This document shows, in pieces, positions 32,099-41,146 of a stretch of 64,000 nucleotides of DNA. The DNA is taken from NCBI GenBank assembly GCA_963806225.1, contig CAWDXG010000004.1, positions 5,623,250 to 5,687,249 of the forward strand. Direction: 5' to 3'. The position numbers and the translations under genes are program-made. A model generated the notes under the pieces. The model was not told the origin of the DNA. It made no database searches and was given only the letters and a program-made list of their open reading frames with translations. This stretch comes from an uncultured delta proteobacterium (GTDB lineage: Bacteria; Myxococcota_A; Polyangia; Polyangiales; Polyangiaceae). Numbering within the stretch: position 1 is the stretch's first letter; the number at the start of each line of letters is the position of its first letter.

Positions 32099-33571
32099 CT
32101 AGCGCAGCACGGTCAGCGCGACGACGGCCCAGCCGCCCGGGTCGAGGGTGATGCGCTGCGTCTGCCGCATGCCGCGTGCGCGCAGAAAAACGCTGTGGGT
32201 GCCCGGCGGAAGCCGCACGCGGCCGAATGCGATGCGCGCCGGCAGCGTGGCCCAGCTGCGGGTGTCCGGCGTGTCGGCGGCGGTGAGCGCGACCTGTGTG
32301 CCCAGGCTGAGCAGCAGCCCTTCCCAGCCCTTGACGGCGCGGCGCGTGGCTTCGCCGGCGACGATTCGCGCGATTGCCCGCGTGATGGCGGAGGCGATGA
32401 CCGCGCCGCGCATCTTCTTCCATGCGCGCTCCACCTCGCTGTCCACGGCGCAGATCCCTTCGAGCTGACGCCAGCTGCCGTCGAGCGCGAACTCCGGCAG
32501 CCCGTACTCGCCATGCGGACGGCCGAGCGCGGGGTAGTTGACCCAGGTAACCAGCCCCTGCAGAGCCAGGCGGTTGGCGCGGGCCTCGTTGTACGGGCTG
32601 ATCGCGCCGCTCGCGTACGTGAGTGCCAGCCCGATGGGTATCCGCTTCGCGTACTTGGCGGGAACGCGGCCGTAGTTGACGATGACCAGCAGCTCTGCGC
32701 TGTTGTCGGGCGGCGCCGGCTCTGGTTTCTTCGTGGCGTTCTTCTGCTGCGGCTCGTCACCGTCGGCGGTGTCCGGCGGCGGGTCGTCCTTGTCCGTCCT
32801 AGGCGCGGGGTCCGCCGGCGGAGGAGCTGGCGGCTTCGCCCCCGGGATCTCCCCCAGGATGCGGCGGATGCGCGGGCTCCGGTAGCTCGACTGCTTCGCA
32901 AGCCGGCGGATCGGGTCGTAGAGCGACTTGTAGTCGCCGTATTGCAGCGCTTCGTCGTAGTAGCGGAGCGCCTCGCTCGCGTTGCCGCTCTTCTCGAAGG
33001 TGAAGCCCGCGAGGTAGCTGCCCGGGCCGTTCAGCGCTTCGGACGGATCCTTCTTCGAATCCATGTACTGCTGCATCACCGCGAGGCGGCGCGCCTCCAC
33101 GCGCGAGCCCTCGAGATCCCCCCGCGCGAGGTAGTTCACCATGTTCATGGTGTTGATCATCAGCTTCTCGTAGGCCGGCGCCTTGTACGGCCCCGTCTCG
33201 TCCGAGAAGACGTACTTGCCGAGGTCGTCGAGCGCGTTCCTCGAGAAATCCAGAAGCTGGATCTGCTTGTCGGAGAGCTGCAGATCGCGGCTCGCCAGCT
33301 TGTAGTCGCCCAGCTCCTGCAGCACCATCGATCGGTCGAGGATGAACAGCACGTTGTCGCCGCCCACCTTTTCGGGCAGCTCCTTCGCGCTCTTCACGTC
33401 CATGGCATCGTTCAGGAGCGATAGCGCGCGGCGCGGCTGGTTCGCGTCCAGCGCGGTGCGCGCCTCGAGCGTCTTCGACGCGTGTCCCGCGCAGGCCGTC
33501 GACGAGAGCGCGGCAATAACGACCAGCAAGGCCAGGCTGGCTGGGTTCACCCGGAAAGTTGCGGATCCCAT
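32099..33571 (-). CDS. COG3014-like TPR lipoprotein
   Basis: Lipobox-like TAC; Y....YEKLM...MNYL, ARVEARR-like segment, PDTRSWATLP. Confidence 0.75.
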   Translation of the reverse strand: MGSATFRVNPASLALLVVIAALSSTACAGHASKTLEARTALDANQPRRALSLLNDAMDVKSAKELPEKVGGDNVLFILDRSMVLQELGDYKLASRDLQLSDKQIQLLDFSRNALDDLGKYVFSDETGPYKAPAYEKLMINTMNMVNYLARGDLEGSRVEARRLAVMQQYMDSKKDPSEALNGPGSYLAGFTFEKSGNASEALRYYDEALQYGDYKSLYDPIRRLAKQSSYRSPRIRRILGEIPGAKPPAPPPADPAPRTDKDDPPPDTADGDEPQQKNATKKPEPAPPDNSAELLVIVNYGRVPAKYAKRIPIGLALTYASGAISPYNEARANRLALQGLVTWVNYPALGRPHGEYGLPEFALDGSWRQLEGICAVDSEVERAWKKMRGAVIASAITRAIARIVAGEATRRAVKGWEGLLLSLGTQVALTAADTPDTRSWATLPARIAFGRVRLPPGTHSVFLRARGMRQTQRITLDPGGWAVVALTVLR

Positions 33572-33592
33572 GGCGAGGCCCGCGCCGCATCG

Positions 33593-34201
33593 CTACTTGA
33601 CGATGGCCTTGGTCAGCGAGGTCTTGTTCTGGAACAGGATGTCGCTCGTCTCGGCATCCAGCACCTGCATGAACATGAAGTACTGCACCCGGCGCTCCTC
33701 GTCCTGGCGCTCGTCCGAGCTGTACACCTTGCCGGTCACGAAGTAGCGCGCGCCGACCTGTTTGCCCCAGCGCGCCACCTTGGACGGGTCGAAGGCGTCG
33801 CCGTACTGCGAGCGGACTTCCTGGATCAGCTGCGGCTGCCGCTCCACGCTCACCACGCGCACGTGCCCGGCGTTGACGAGCACGGTCTCGATGTCGCTGA
33901 TCAGCGCGTCGAGCTGGCTCTCGATGTGCTCGCTCGTGTCGTTGCGGAATGGAAGCACCGCGACAGTCGGGCGGTTCTCGCCCTCCCAGCGCCGGATCAC
34001 GGCCGAGCGCTGCAGCGCCTGCATGTTCTCGTGCAGGAGCTTCGAGAGGTCGCGCTGGTCGAGCCCGGTGCTCATAGCCTCGTCGTTGAGCCCGGGCACT
34101 TCCTCGCCGCGCACGGCGTGGGGCCCGGCGCAGGCGATCAGTGGGAGCGACAGGGCAGCCAGCGGGAGCAGCACCCGCACCAGGCTCTTGTGCGCCGACA
34201 T
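33593..34201 (-). CDS. LpoB/CsgG-like lipoprotein (penicillin-binding protein activator LpoB family)
   Basis: Lipobox LIAC; FRNDTSEHI, GKQVGARYFVTG. Confidence 0.75.
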   Translation of the reverse strand: MSAHKSLVRVLLPLAALSLPLIACAGPHAVRGEEVPGLNDEAMSTGLDQRDLSKLLHENMQALQRSAVIRRWEGENRPTVAVLPFRNDTSEHIESQLDALISDIETVLVNAGHVRVVSVERQPQLIQEVRSQYGDAFDPSKVARWGKQVGARYFVTGKVYSSDERQDEERRVQYFMFMQVLDAETSDILFQNKTSLTKAIVK

Positions 34202-34388
34202 CTTCAGTCCTTTCGCGTGGATCCCGGGGGGGGCGGCGAAAGCCCCACCTCTGGCTTTCTTTAAGGTCTCGATGCCGGACGCGCCAGTGCTGGCCACGGC
34301 ACATCCGGCTTGCCCTCAGTTGGACGAAGGCTGCCCCCGGATCATCCAGGGCGGCCACGAGGCCGCCCCGGGGGGACGTGGGCCGGGC

Positions 34389-35045
34389 CTAGCGCCGGAC
34401 CGGAATGATCTGCACGCGGCGGTCGTCGCCCTCGCCGTCGCTCTTCGTGATGACTCCGTCGAATTTGGCCAGCGCCAGGTGCACCACGCGCCGGTCGCGC
34501 GGATTCATCGGCTCGAAGGTGATGATCTTGCCCTCGTCCACGGCCTGTTTGCCGAGGCGCTGGGCCATGGTGGCCAGCGAGTTGTCGCGCCGGCTGCGGT
34601 AGCCTTCCGCGTCGACCAGGACGTGGCGCCGCTCCAGCCCGGGGCGGTTGACCACGCGGTGGGTCAGAAACTGCAGTGCGGCCAGGACCTGGCCTTTCTT
34701 GCCGATAATCCGCCCCGCGTCACGACCCAGGATCTCGATGTTGACCTCGGCCTCGTCGCCTTCCTTCGGACGCCTGAGCCGCACCCGGCAGTCCATTTCC
34801 ATCTCGTCGATCACGTCGGTGACGAAGTCGAGCGCCATCTGCGCGCGATCGTCCCCTTCGCCATCCCAGTCCGGTTCCGGCTCGCGGCGCTTGCCGCCGC
34901 GGTGCTTCGACCGTCCGTTGTCGTGTCCGGGGGCGCCGTTGTCCGCCGCTTCCGCCTCGGTCGCGTCGTCGTCCCCGTCGTCGTCTTCTTCTTCCCAGGT
35001 ATCTTCGTCGATCTGCGGATCGTCCTCTGCGTCGTTCATGTTCAC
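34389..35045 (-). CDS. jag: Jag/EloR/KhpB RNA-binding protein (KH and R3H domains)
   Basis: GRIIGKKGQVLAALQ (KH); PMNPRDRRVVH (R3H); follows yidC. Confidence 0.92.
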   Translation of the reverse strand: MNMNDAEDDPQIDEDTWEEEDDDGDDDATEAEAADNGAPGHDNGRSKHRGGKRREPEPDWDGEGDDRAQMALDFVTDVIDEMEMDCRVRLRRPKEGDEAEVNIEILGRDAGRIIGKKGQVLAALQFLTHRVVNRPGLERRHVLVDAEGYRSRRDNSLATMAQRLGKQAVDEGKIITFEPMNPRDRRVVHLALAKFDGVITKSDGEGDDRRVQIIPVRR

Positions 35046-36895
35046 GCCTTTCCTTTGCCGAGGAGCGTGCGGCTTTCGGAGAGCTTCGCGTCCGGATCGC
35101 TATCGCCGGCCTGGCCCTTCTTCTTGCCCTTGCCGGCTTTGCCGGACGTCTCCTCCTTGACCTTTACCTCGATGTCGCCCGAGCCCCCTTCGGCGGCCGC
35201 GGCCGCCGCGGACTGTCGTCGCACGTGCCGCTCGACGATCTGCTGCTGGACGATGCCCAGCAGGCTGTTGGTGAACATGTAGACGCCCAGACCCGAGGGC
35301 AGGAACAACATGAACACCGCGAACATCGCCGGCATGAAGTACTTCATCATCTTCGCCTGCGTCGCATCGCCCTGCATGGGCATGATGGATTGCTGGACGA
35401 AGGACACGGCGCCGATCACGAACGGCAGCACGTAGTACGGATCAGGCGCCGACAGATCCGGGAACCACAAAAACGGGATGTGGTACAGCTCGACGGCCGT
35501 TTCCAGCGTCGTGTACAGCGCGAACCACACCGGCATCGACGCGAGCTGCGGCAGACAACCCTTGATCGGGTTGACGTTGTGTTTCCGCCACAGCTCCATC
35601 TGCGCCAGGCCCTTGGCCTGCGCGTCGTCCTTGTATTTCGCGTTGAGCGCGTCGAGCTCCGGCTTGAGCTCGCGCATCTTCACCATGCTCTTGATCGATG
35701 GCCAGCTCAGCGGGAAGAGCAGCGTGCGCGCCGTGATCGTCAGGACGATGATCGCCACGCCCCAGTTCGGCAGCACGCCGTGCACCACCAACAGGAACGC
35801 CACCATGATCTTGGCGATGGCCGAGAAGAAGCCCAGGTTGATAAGCTCGCTGAGCTCGTGGTTGCCGCCGCCTGCGGCGGCCAGCACGTCGCGCTCCTTC
35901 GGGCCGATGTAGCTGAGTACGTCGTATGTGGCGGTCTGTCCCGGCGCGAGCTCCTTGGGCGCGTACGCGAGCCGGGCGCGGTACATGGCTCCGCCGTCGG
36001 GGTCGTCGGACACCGACTTGTAGCGTGCGGAGTTCCAGCGCTCCTCGATCTGCAGCTGGCACACGGGCGTGTGCTTGTCGTACGGGACGATCGCGGTCGA
36101 GAAATAGGCGTTGGAAACGGCCGCGAAGTCAACGTCGCCGTCCTTCTTCTCGTACCAGTCGCCCTGGTTGAGCCGGTTCGGGTGGAACTCCTTGTCCTTC
36201 TCGAAGTCCTTCGGCTCGAAGTCCTTCTCGCCGAGACGCTTCGCGTCCCCATTCGTGTAGATGCACTCGACGCGCGTGACGAAGGGGCTCACGCGGAACA
36301 TGTGCCCCTTGACTTCCTTCTCCTTGTGCCACGCGACCGTGTGGACTGTCAGCGCGTGGCGGAGCTTCTTGTCGGCGAGATTCTTGATGGTCGCCTTGAC
36401 CATCAGCTCGTACGGGCGCCCGGTGACGCTGATCGTCTTCGTCAGCTCGACCTTGGCGTCGCGGTACTTGAAGGTGCAGGACTTGCCGTCCGAGCGCGTC
36501 AGCTTGTAGACGACCAGGTCGTAGTCGGTCTGCCAGTTCTTGGCCTTGGGTCCGGCGACGGCTTCATTCTTCCAATGGAACCTGAGTTGGCGGCGGAACG
36601 GCTGACCCGGCGTCGTCGACAAATCGATGGGCTTGCCGTCGGTGTGGTACTTCGCCGTCGTCAGATAGAAGTGCTTCAGGTCCGCGCCGTCGCTGGACAG
36701 CTGCGCGTGGAAGCGCGGCCCGAAAAGATCGCAGGTCTTCGGCTTGGCCTGCTTCGCAGGCACGACGGCGCTCTCGAACTTGAGCGGCTGCGTCTCGCCG
36801 CCCTTGTCCTTGCCGAACATCTTGGGCAGCTGGGTGACTGCCAGGAACACGACAAGCCCGATCAGAAGCCAGCGTGTGAGACCGCCCTTTTCCAT
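35042..36895 (-). CDS. yidC: Membrane protein insertase YidC
   Basis: YIGPK, NWGVAII.LT, GCLPQL, DLSAPDPYY, PSGLGVY. Confidence 0.96.
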   Translation of the reverse strand: MEKGGLTRWLLIGLVVFLAVTQLPKMFGKDKGGETQPLKFESAVVPAKQAKPKTCDLFGPRFHAQLSSDGADLKHFYLTTAKYHTDGKPIDLSTTPGQPFRRQLRFHWKNEAVAGPKAKNWQTDYDLVVYKLTRSDGKSCTFKYRDAKVELTKTISVTGRPYELMVKATIKNLADKKLRHALTVHTVAWHKEKEVKGHMFRVSPFVTRVECIYTNGDAKRLGEKDFEPKDFEKDKEFHPNRLNQGDWYEKKDGDVDFAAVSNAYFSTAIVPYDKHTPVCQLQIEERWNSARYKSVSDDPDGGAMYRARLAYAPKELAPGQTATYDVLSYIGPKERDVLAAAGGGNHELSELINLGFFSAIAKIMVAFLLVVHGVLPNWGVAIIVLTITARTLLFPLSWPSIKSMVKMRELKPELDALNAKYKDDAQAKGLAQMELWRKHNVNPIKGCLPQLASMPVWFALYTTLETAVELYHIPFLWFPDLSAPDPYYVLPFVIGAVSFVQQSIMPMQGDATQAKMMKYFMPAMFAVFMLFLPSGLGVYMFTNSLLGIVQQQIVERHVRRQSAAAAAAEGGSGDIEVKVKEETSGKAGKGKKKGQAGDSDPDAKLSESRTLLGKGKA

Positions 36896-36928
36896 GTCGT
36901 CCTTGAGATGAGATCTTTTCGGGGTGGG

Positions 36929-37282
36929 TCAGCCGGGCGCGCCCGGCGTGCGGGCCGCTTCGTCCAGCGGCGCATCGCACCCACAGCGGTCGCCTCGGGT
37001 CCGGGGCCCGTCGGTGTCCGCTTCTAGCAGCACCGGCGGTTTTTCGGCGAGATCTTCCCGACCGCGTGGCGGAGGAGCGGGGTCCCAGCCACCCGGATGC
37101 CACGGGTGGCATTTCGAGAGGCGCACTGCGGCCAGCCAGCTACCACGGAACGCGCCGTGATATTCCAGGCATTTGACCGCGTACCGCGAGCAGGACGGCT
37201 CGAAGCGGCAGACCTGCCCCAGCATCTTCGACAGCGTGAGCTGGTAGATGCGGATGAGCAGGATGAGGGCCTTGGCGAGCAT
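36929..37282 (-). CDS. yidD: Membrane protein insertion efficiency factor YidD
   Basis: CRFEPSCSRY, KCHPWHPGGWDP. Confidence 0.93.
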   Translation of the reverse strand: MLAKALILLIRIYQLTLSKMLGQVCRFEPSCSRYAVKCLEYHGAFRGSWLAAVRLSKCHPWHPGGWDPAPPPRGREDLAEKPPVLLEADTDGPRTRGDRCGCDAPLDEAARTPGAPG

Positions 37283-37305
37283 GGGACCGGCCGAGTGTGC
37301 GTCGT

Positions 37306-37698
37306 CTAGGCTCGATCCGCCAGCTTCGATTCGCGCAATGTCCGGTCATTGTGCGCCAGATTCGAGCGTTGCGCGATGGCGTCGGCGGCAGTCCGCCATT
37401 CGGCGACCACGTCGTCGGCCTTCATTCCGTCGAGCGCCCGCCGGACGATGACCACCAGGTCCAGATCGGTGGCCCATAGGTCACGGGTGGCGCGAAAAGC
37501 CACGCGAATCAGTCGCTTGCAGCGATTGCGCACGACGGCATTGCCCACCTTGCGCGAGGCCGTGATGCCCAGGCGCGTCTCGCCGAAATCATCCCGCGGC
37601 GCGCGCGCGTAGAGCAACACCACGAAATGCGGCAGCTTGATGCGCCGCGCCCGCGACTGGATCTCCTGGAACTCCGCGCGCTTGCGGACGGTGAGCAA
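37306..37698 (-). CDS. rnpA: Ribonuclease P protein component
   Basis: RLGITASRKVGNAVVRNRCKR; TTG start just after rpmH. Confidence 0.93.
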   Translation of the reverse strand: MLTVRKRAEFQEIQSRARRIKLPHFVVLLYARAPRDDFGETRLGITASRKVGNAVVRNRCKRLIRVAFRATRDLWATDLDLVVIVRRALDGMKADDVVAEWRTAADAIAQRSNLAHNDRTLRESKLADRA

Positions 37699-37700
37699 GC

Positions 37701-37853
37701 CTACTTCTTGTAGGCGCTGACCGTGAGGCGCCAGCGGCCCTTGCGGCGCCGGTTCTTCAGGATGTTCCGGCCACCCTTGGTGCTGATGCGCTTGCGGAAG
37801 CCGTGGGTGCGGAGCCGGCTTAGATTGTGCGGCTGGTAGGTGCGCTTGGACAT
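37701..37853 (-). CDS. rpmH: 50S ribosomal protein L34
   Basis: Hand translation [50 protein letters not shown]; absent from the ORF track. Confidence 0.97.
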   Translation of the reverse strand: MSKRTYQPHNLSRLRTHGFRKRISTKGGRNILKNRRRKGRWRLTVSAYKK

Positions 37854-37977
37854 GGCAGAAACTCCCGGCTGCTCGGCGTGCGGCCGGCAAGGGGCCGGGA
37901 GTCAGCCATGCCGCGGCCTGGACGTCAAGCGCTGCGACGTGGCGGGCTTTCCCGGCCCGCGGGCCGCTGCCTCGCAC

Positions 37978-40356
37978 TCATTTCCGGTCGGGGTGGAAGC
38001 GGGATTTCATGCCCGTGAACAGCTCGTGGAACCTCGTGTCGCGCAGCGGGGTGTTGCGGGCCCACTCGGTCGAACGGAACGGCAGCGCCGACTCGAACAT
38101 CACCCACAGCGAGTCGTCGCTGACCCGCTCGGGCGTGTCCACCTGCTCGTCCGTCTGCGACAGCACGGTGTCGTAGGAGTTGGTGGAGATCCCGTGGGCC
38201 GTCAGGAGCGGGGTTACGAAGATCTGCCCCGGAGCGTAGCCCTCCTCGCCTGGCGATCGGATGACGCAGTTGATCTCGGCGGCGGCGTTCCGGTGCATGT
38301 ACGGCGGACGGAAGCTGTGCTCGGCGATCTGCCAGCGCGGCGGGAACACCACGAAGTCCGCGATCGCGCGGCCGTGATCGTCGAGCGGCGCGGTCAGCGC
38401 GGTGAGGATCGACGGGTCGGCGTGGTCGAACGTCACCGATCCCATGGCGTTGAACAGCAGCAGGTCGTAGGTGAACGGCGCGTGGGTCCCGTGCCAGGCG
38501 ACGACGTCGAACGGCGAGTGCTCCTGCATGCCGGCGTACACCCTGCCGCCGGTCTTCGTGACGAACTGGAAGCCCGCCGGGCACAGCCGGTCCTCGAACG
38601 ACGCCACCGGCGCCAGGAAGTGCCGCGCGTCCGCCAGCCCGTTCGAGCCGATAGGTCCCCGCTCGGGCAGGCGCAGCTTGTTGCCGAATACTTCGAGGAT
38701 GAAGCCGCGGGCTTTGCTGTCGGGCAGCCCGATCGCGAACTTCAGTGCGCGCGGGATCAGCAGCACCGTGCCCGGCGACGCCGAGAGCCAGCCAAGCTCC
38801 GTGCGGCAATGCAACGTGCCTTCCTGCGGCACGATCAGCAGATCGCCGTCCGCGTCGGCGAAGCAGCGGTCGACCATGTCGCTGTTCGCGGCATAGAGAT
38901 GGACCGCGTAGCCCGGACCCGCCGTCGGATCCCCGGTCCCGCCGAGCGTCACCAGGCCATCGAGGAAATCCGTCGGCTCGTCCGGAATGGGGATGGGCTG
39001 CCAGCGGCGGCGGTTGGGATCGACGGCGCCGAGCTCGGCGCAGAAGCGCGCGGGCGATAGCTCCACGAGCTCGTCGTGCGAGAACGACGCGCGGATCCGG
39101 TACATGAAGGTCCGCGAATTCTCCGCGCTCTTCACGGTAAACGGCGTCCCGTTCACGCACTCGATCAAGAGCCCATAGGCGGCGGGGTGCGGCATGTTCT
39201 GCCGCTTCGGCAGCGCGCCCGGAAGCGCTTCGGACTCGTGCGTCGAGCCGAGCCCGATCAGGTGGTGGAGCTCGTCCGGTGCACGGAGTGGGGGCACTTC
39301 GCCCTGCGGCTTCGGCCCGGACCAGGCCGCCTCCATCATCGCCACGAGGCGTCCGCGGTCGAGGCCGGACAGCGCCGGCGTTTCCAGCGCAGCATCCGCG
39401 GCTTTCGCGATGCCGTCGCGCGGCATCCCGAGCCCCTCGAGCGACAACGGCGCGCCTGTCGCGCGGGCCAGGCGCTCCATGCCGAGCGCGGGGTCGAGCA
39501 CGCCGAGCGCGCGGGCGATCGCCGCCATGGCCTCCGGCGCCGCCTCGCGCTGGAACCGCACCACGTGAGGTAGGAGCACCGTGTGTGTGGCGGCGTGCGG
39601 CAGATCGAACAGGCCGCCGAGCACGTGGCACAGCTTGTGGTGGAGCCCCGAGCCTGCATCGGCGAAGGCCGCGCCGGCCAGGTAGGCGCCTTCGAGGGCT
39701 GCTTCGCGTGCGTCGCCGTCGTCGGGTGACGCGGCCAGGCGGGTCATGCTGCTCGCGATGAGCCGCAGCGCCTCTTCGGCGGCGAGCTTCGTGCCGCGAT
39801 CGATATGCTCGTTCCAGAGCGCCTCGGCCGCGTGGGCCATGGCGTTCCACAGGCTCGTCACCGTCACGTCGCGCGGCAGCGCCCGTGTGAGCTCCGGGTC
39901 GTAGATCACCAGCGCGGGCCGCGCGCGTTCGTCGCGCCCGGTCTTCTTCTCGCCGCCGCTGGTCACGCCGTAGATCGAGGTCATTTCCGAGCCGGAATAC
40001 GTGGTCGGGACCGCGATCACCCGGACCGGGCTGCGGAGCGCGATCGCCTTGCAGAGCCCGATGGCCGAACCGCCGCCGTAGGCGAGCACCGCGTCCGCGC
40101 CAGCTTTCGTCACAGCGCTCTGGGCCTGTTCCACCACTTCGGTTGGAACGTGCTGCCGCGCGATCGCCAGCGTCCCGACGCATCGCGCTCCCAGGCGGTC
40201 GGCCAGTTCCGTGGCGGCGGCCTTCCGGCCGGGCGTGCAGACGACCATGACGCGCTGCGCGGCGAGATCAGCAAGCTCCCGTGGAATCCTATCCAATGCG
40301 CCCGTCGCGAAGACGACCCGGGTCGTGCCACGCTGCACTGAAAATCGCCTGCTCAT
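37978..40356 (-). CDS. Fusion of maleylacetate reductase (N-terminal) and homogentisate 1,2-dioxygenase (C-terminal)
   Basis: N: GGGSAIG, VPTTYSGSEMT, NAMAHAAE, LHHKLCHVLGG...PHA. C: HESEALPGALP..QN.P, ADGDLLIVPQEG, LPERGPIGSNGLA..R.F, HSPFDVVAWHG, DHADPSI.T.LT, FRPPYMHRN...E, HG. Confidence 0.9.
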   Translation of the reverse strand: MSRRFSVQRGTTRVVFATGALDRIPRELADLAAQRVMVVCTPGRKAAATELADRLGARCVGTLAIARQHVPTEVVEQAQSAVTKAGADAVLAYGGGSAIGLCKAIALRSPVRVIAVPTTYSGSEMTSIYGVTSGGEKKTGRDERARPALVIYDPELTRALPRDVTVTSLWNAMAHAAEALWNEHIDRGTKLAAEEALRLIASSMTRLAASPDDGDAREAALEGAYLAGAAFADAGSGLHHKLCHVLGGLFDLPHAATHTVLLPHVVRFQREAAPEAMAAIARALGVLDPALGMERLARATGAPLSLEGLGMPRDGIAKAADAALETPALSGLDRGRLVAMMEAAWSGPKPQGEVPPLRAPDELHHLIGLGSTHESEALPGALPKRQNMPHPAAYGLLIECVNGTPFTVKSAENSRTFMYRIRASFSHDELVELSPARFCAELGAVDPNRRRWQPIPIPDEPTDFLDGLVTLGGTGDPTAGPGYAVHLYAANSDMVDRCFADADGDLLIVPQEGTLHCRTELGWLSASPGTVLLIPRALKFAIGLPDSKARGFILEVFGNKLRLPERGPIGSNGLADARHFLAPVASFEDRLCPAGFQFVTKTGGRVYAGMQEHSPFDVVAWHGTHAPFTYDLLLFNAMGSVTFDHADPSILTALTAPLDDHGRAIADFVVFPPRWQIAEHSFRPPYMHRNAAAEINCVIRSPGEEGYAPGQIFVTPLLTAHGISTNSYDTVLSQTDEQVDTPERVSDDSLWVMFESALPFRSTEWARNTPLRDTRFHELFTGMKSRFHPDRK

Positions 40357-40371
40357 TCGCGCGCTCCGTCC

Positions 40372-40400
40372 TTGTTATGATCTTGACGGATGCTTAGCAT
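40372..40400 (+). promoter_or_regulatory. Possible promoter and small palindrome in the divergent intergenic region
   Basis: TTGTTA-N17-TAGCAT; ATGCT-T-AGCAT palindrome at 40390-40400. Confidence 0.35.
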
Positions 40401-40437
40401 TGGCGCTCCGCACGCGACAAGCAAGGAGGGTCCATTC

Positions 40438-41112
40438 ATGAAGCTTCACTTCCATCCCGGTTCGACCACGTCACGCACAGTCATGCTGTTCTGCGCGGAA
40501 TCGAAGGTCGACTACGAACCTGTTGTCGTCGACATCATGACCGGCGAGCACACGCGCGAGCCGTATCTGTCGCTGAATCCGAACGCGCAGGTTCCGGTGC
40601 TCGATGACGACGGCTTTCTCCTCACCGAATCGTCCGCGATTATCAAGTACCTGGCCGACAAGCACAACGCGTCGACCTACCCGAAGGACCTGAAGGCACG
40701 CGCCCGCGTAAACGAGCGCATGGACTGGTTCAACACGAACTACTACCGGGAGTGGGCGTATCATCTGATCTATCCGCAGGTCTTCCCGCACCACGTGCGC
40801 AACCCGGAGCCGGCGCAGAAGGCAACCCTCGAGTGGGGGCGCGACAAGTCCGAGCTGTGGCTGGGGATCCTCGACAAGCACGTGCTCGGCGACCAGAAGT
40901 TCGTCTGCGGCAGAGAAATCACGATCGCGGACTACTTCGGAGCGGAGCTGATCGGCGCAGGCGATCTCATCGGCGTGTCGCTGGCGCGATTTTCGAATGT
41001 CGATCGCTGGATGAAGACGATGCGCGCGCTGCCGACGTGGGCGAAGGTCAACGAGGTGGCCGACGGCTTCGCGGCCTCGCTCAAGGACAAGGAGTTCGTC
41101 ACCATCAAGTGA
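40438..41112 (+). CDS. Glutathione S-transferase family protein
   Basis: LNPNAQVPVL.D....LTESSAIIKYL, ITIAD; AGGAGG ribosome-binding site. Confidence 0.93.
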   Translation: MKLHFHPGSTTSRTVMLFCAESKVDYEPVVVDIMTGEHTREPYLSLNPNAQVPVLDDDGFLLTESSAIIKYLADKHNASTYPKDLKARARVNERMDWFNTNYYREWAYHLIYPQVFPHHVRNPEPAQKATLEWGRDKSELWLGILDKHVLGDQKFVCGREITIADYFGAELIGAGDLIGVSLARFSNVDRWMKTMRALPTWAKVNEVADGFAASLKDKEFVTIK

Positions 41113-41146
41113 CGATGCGGCCGATCCCGAGCGTCGGTTCAGAGGA

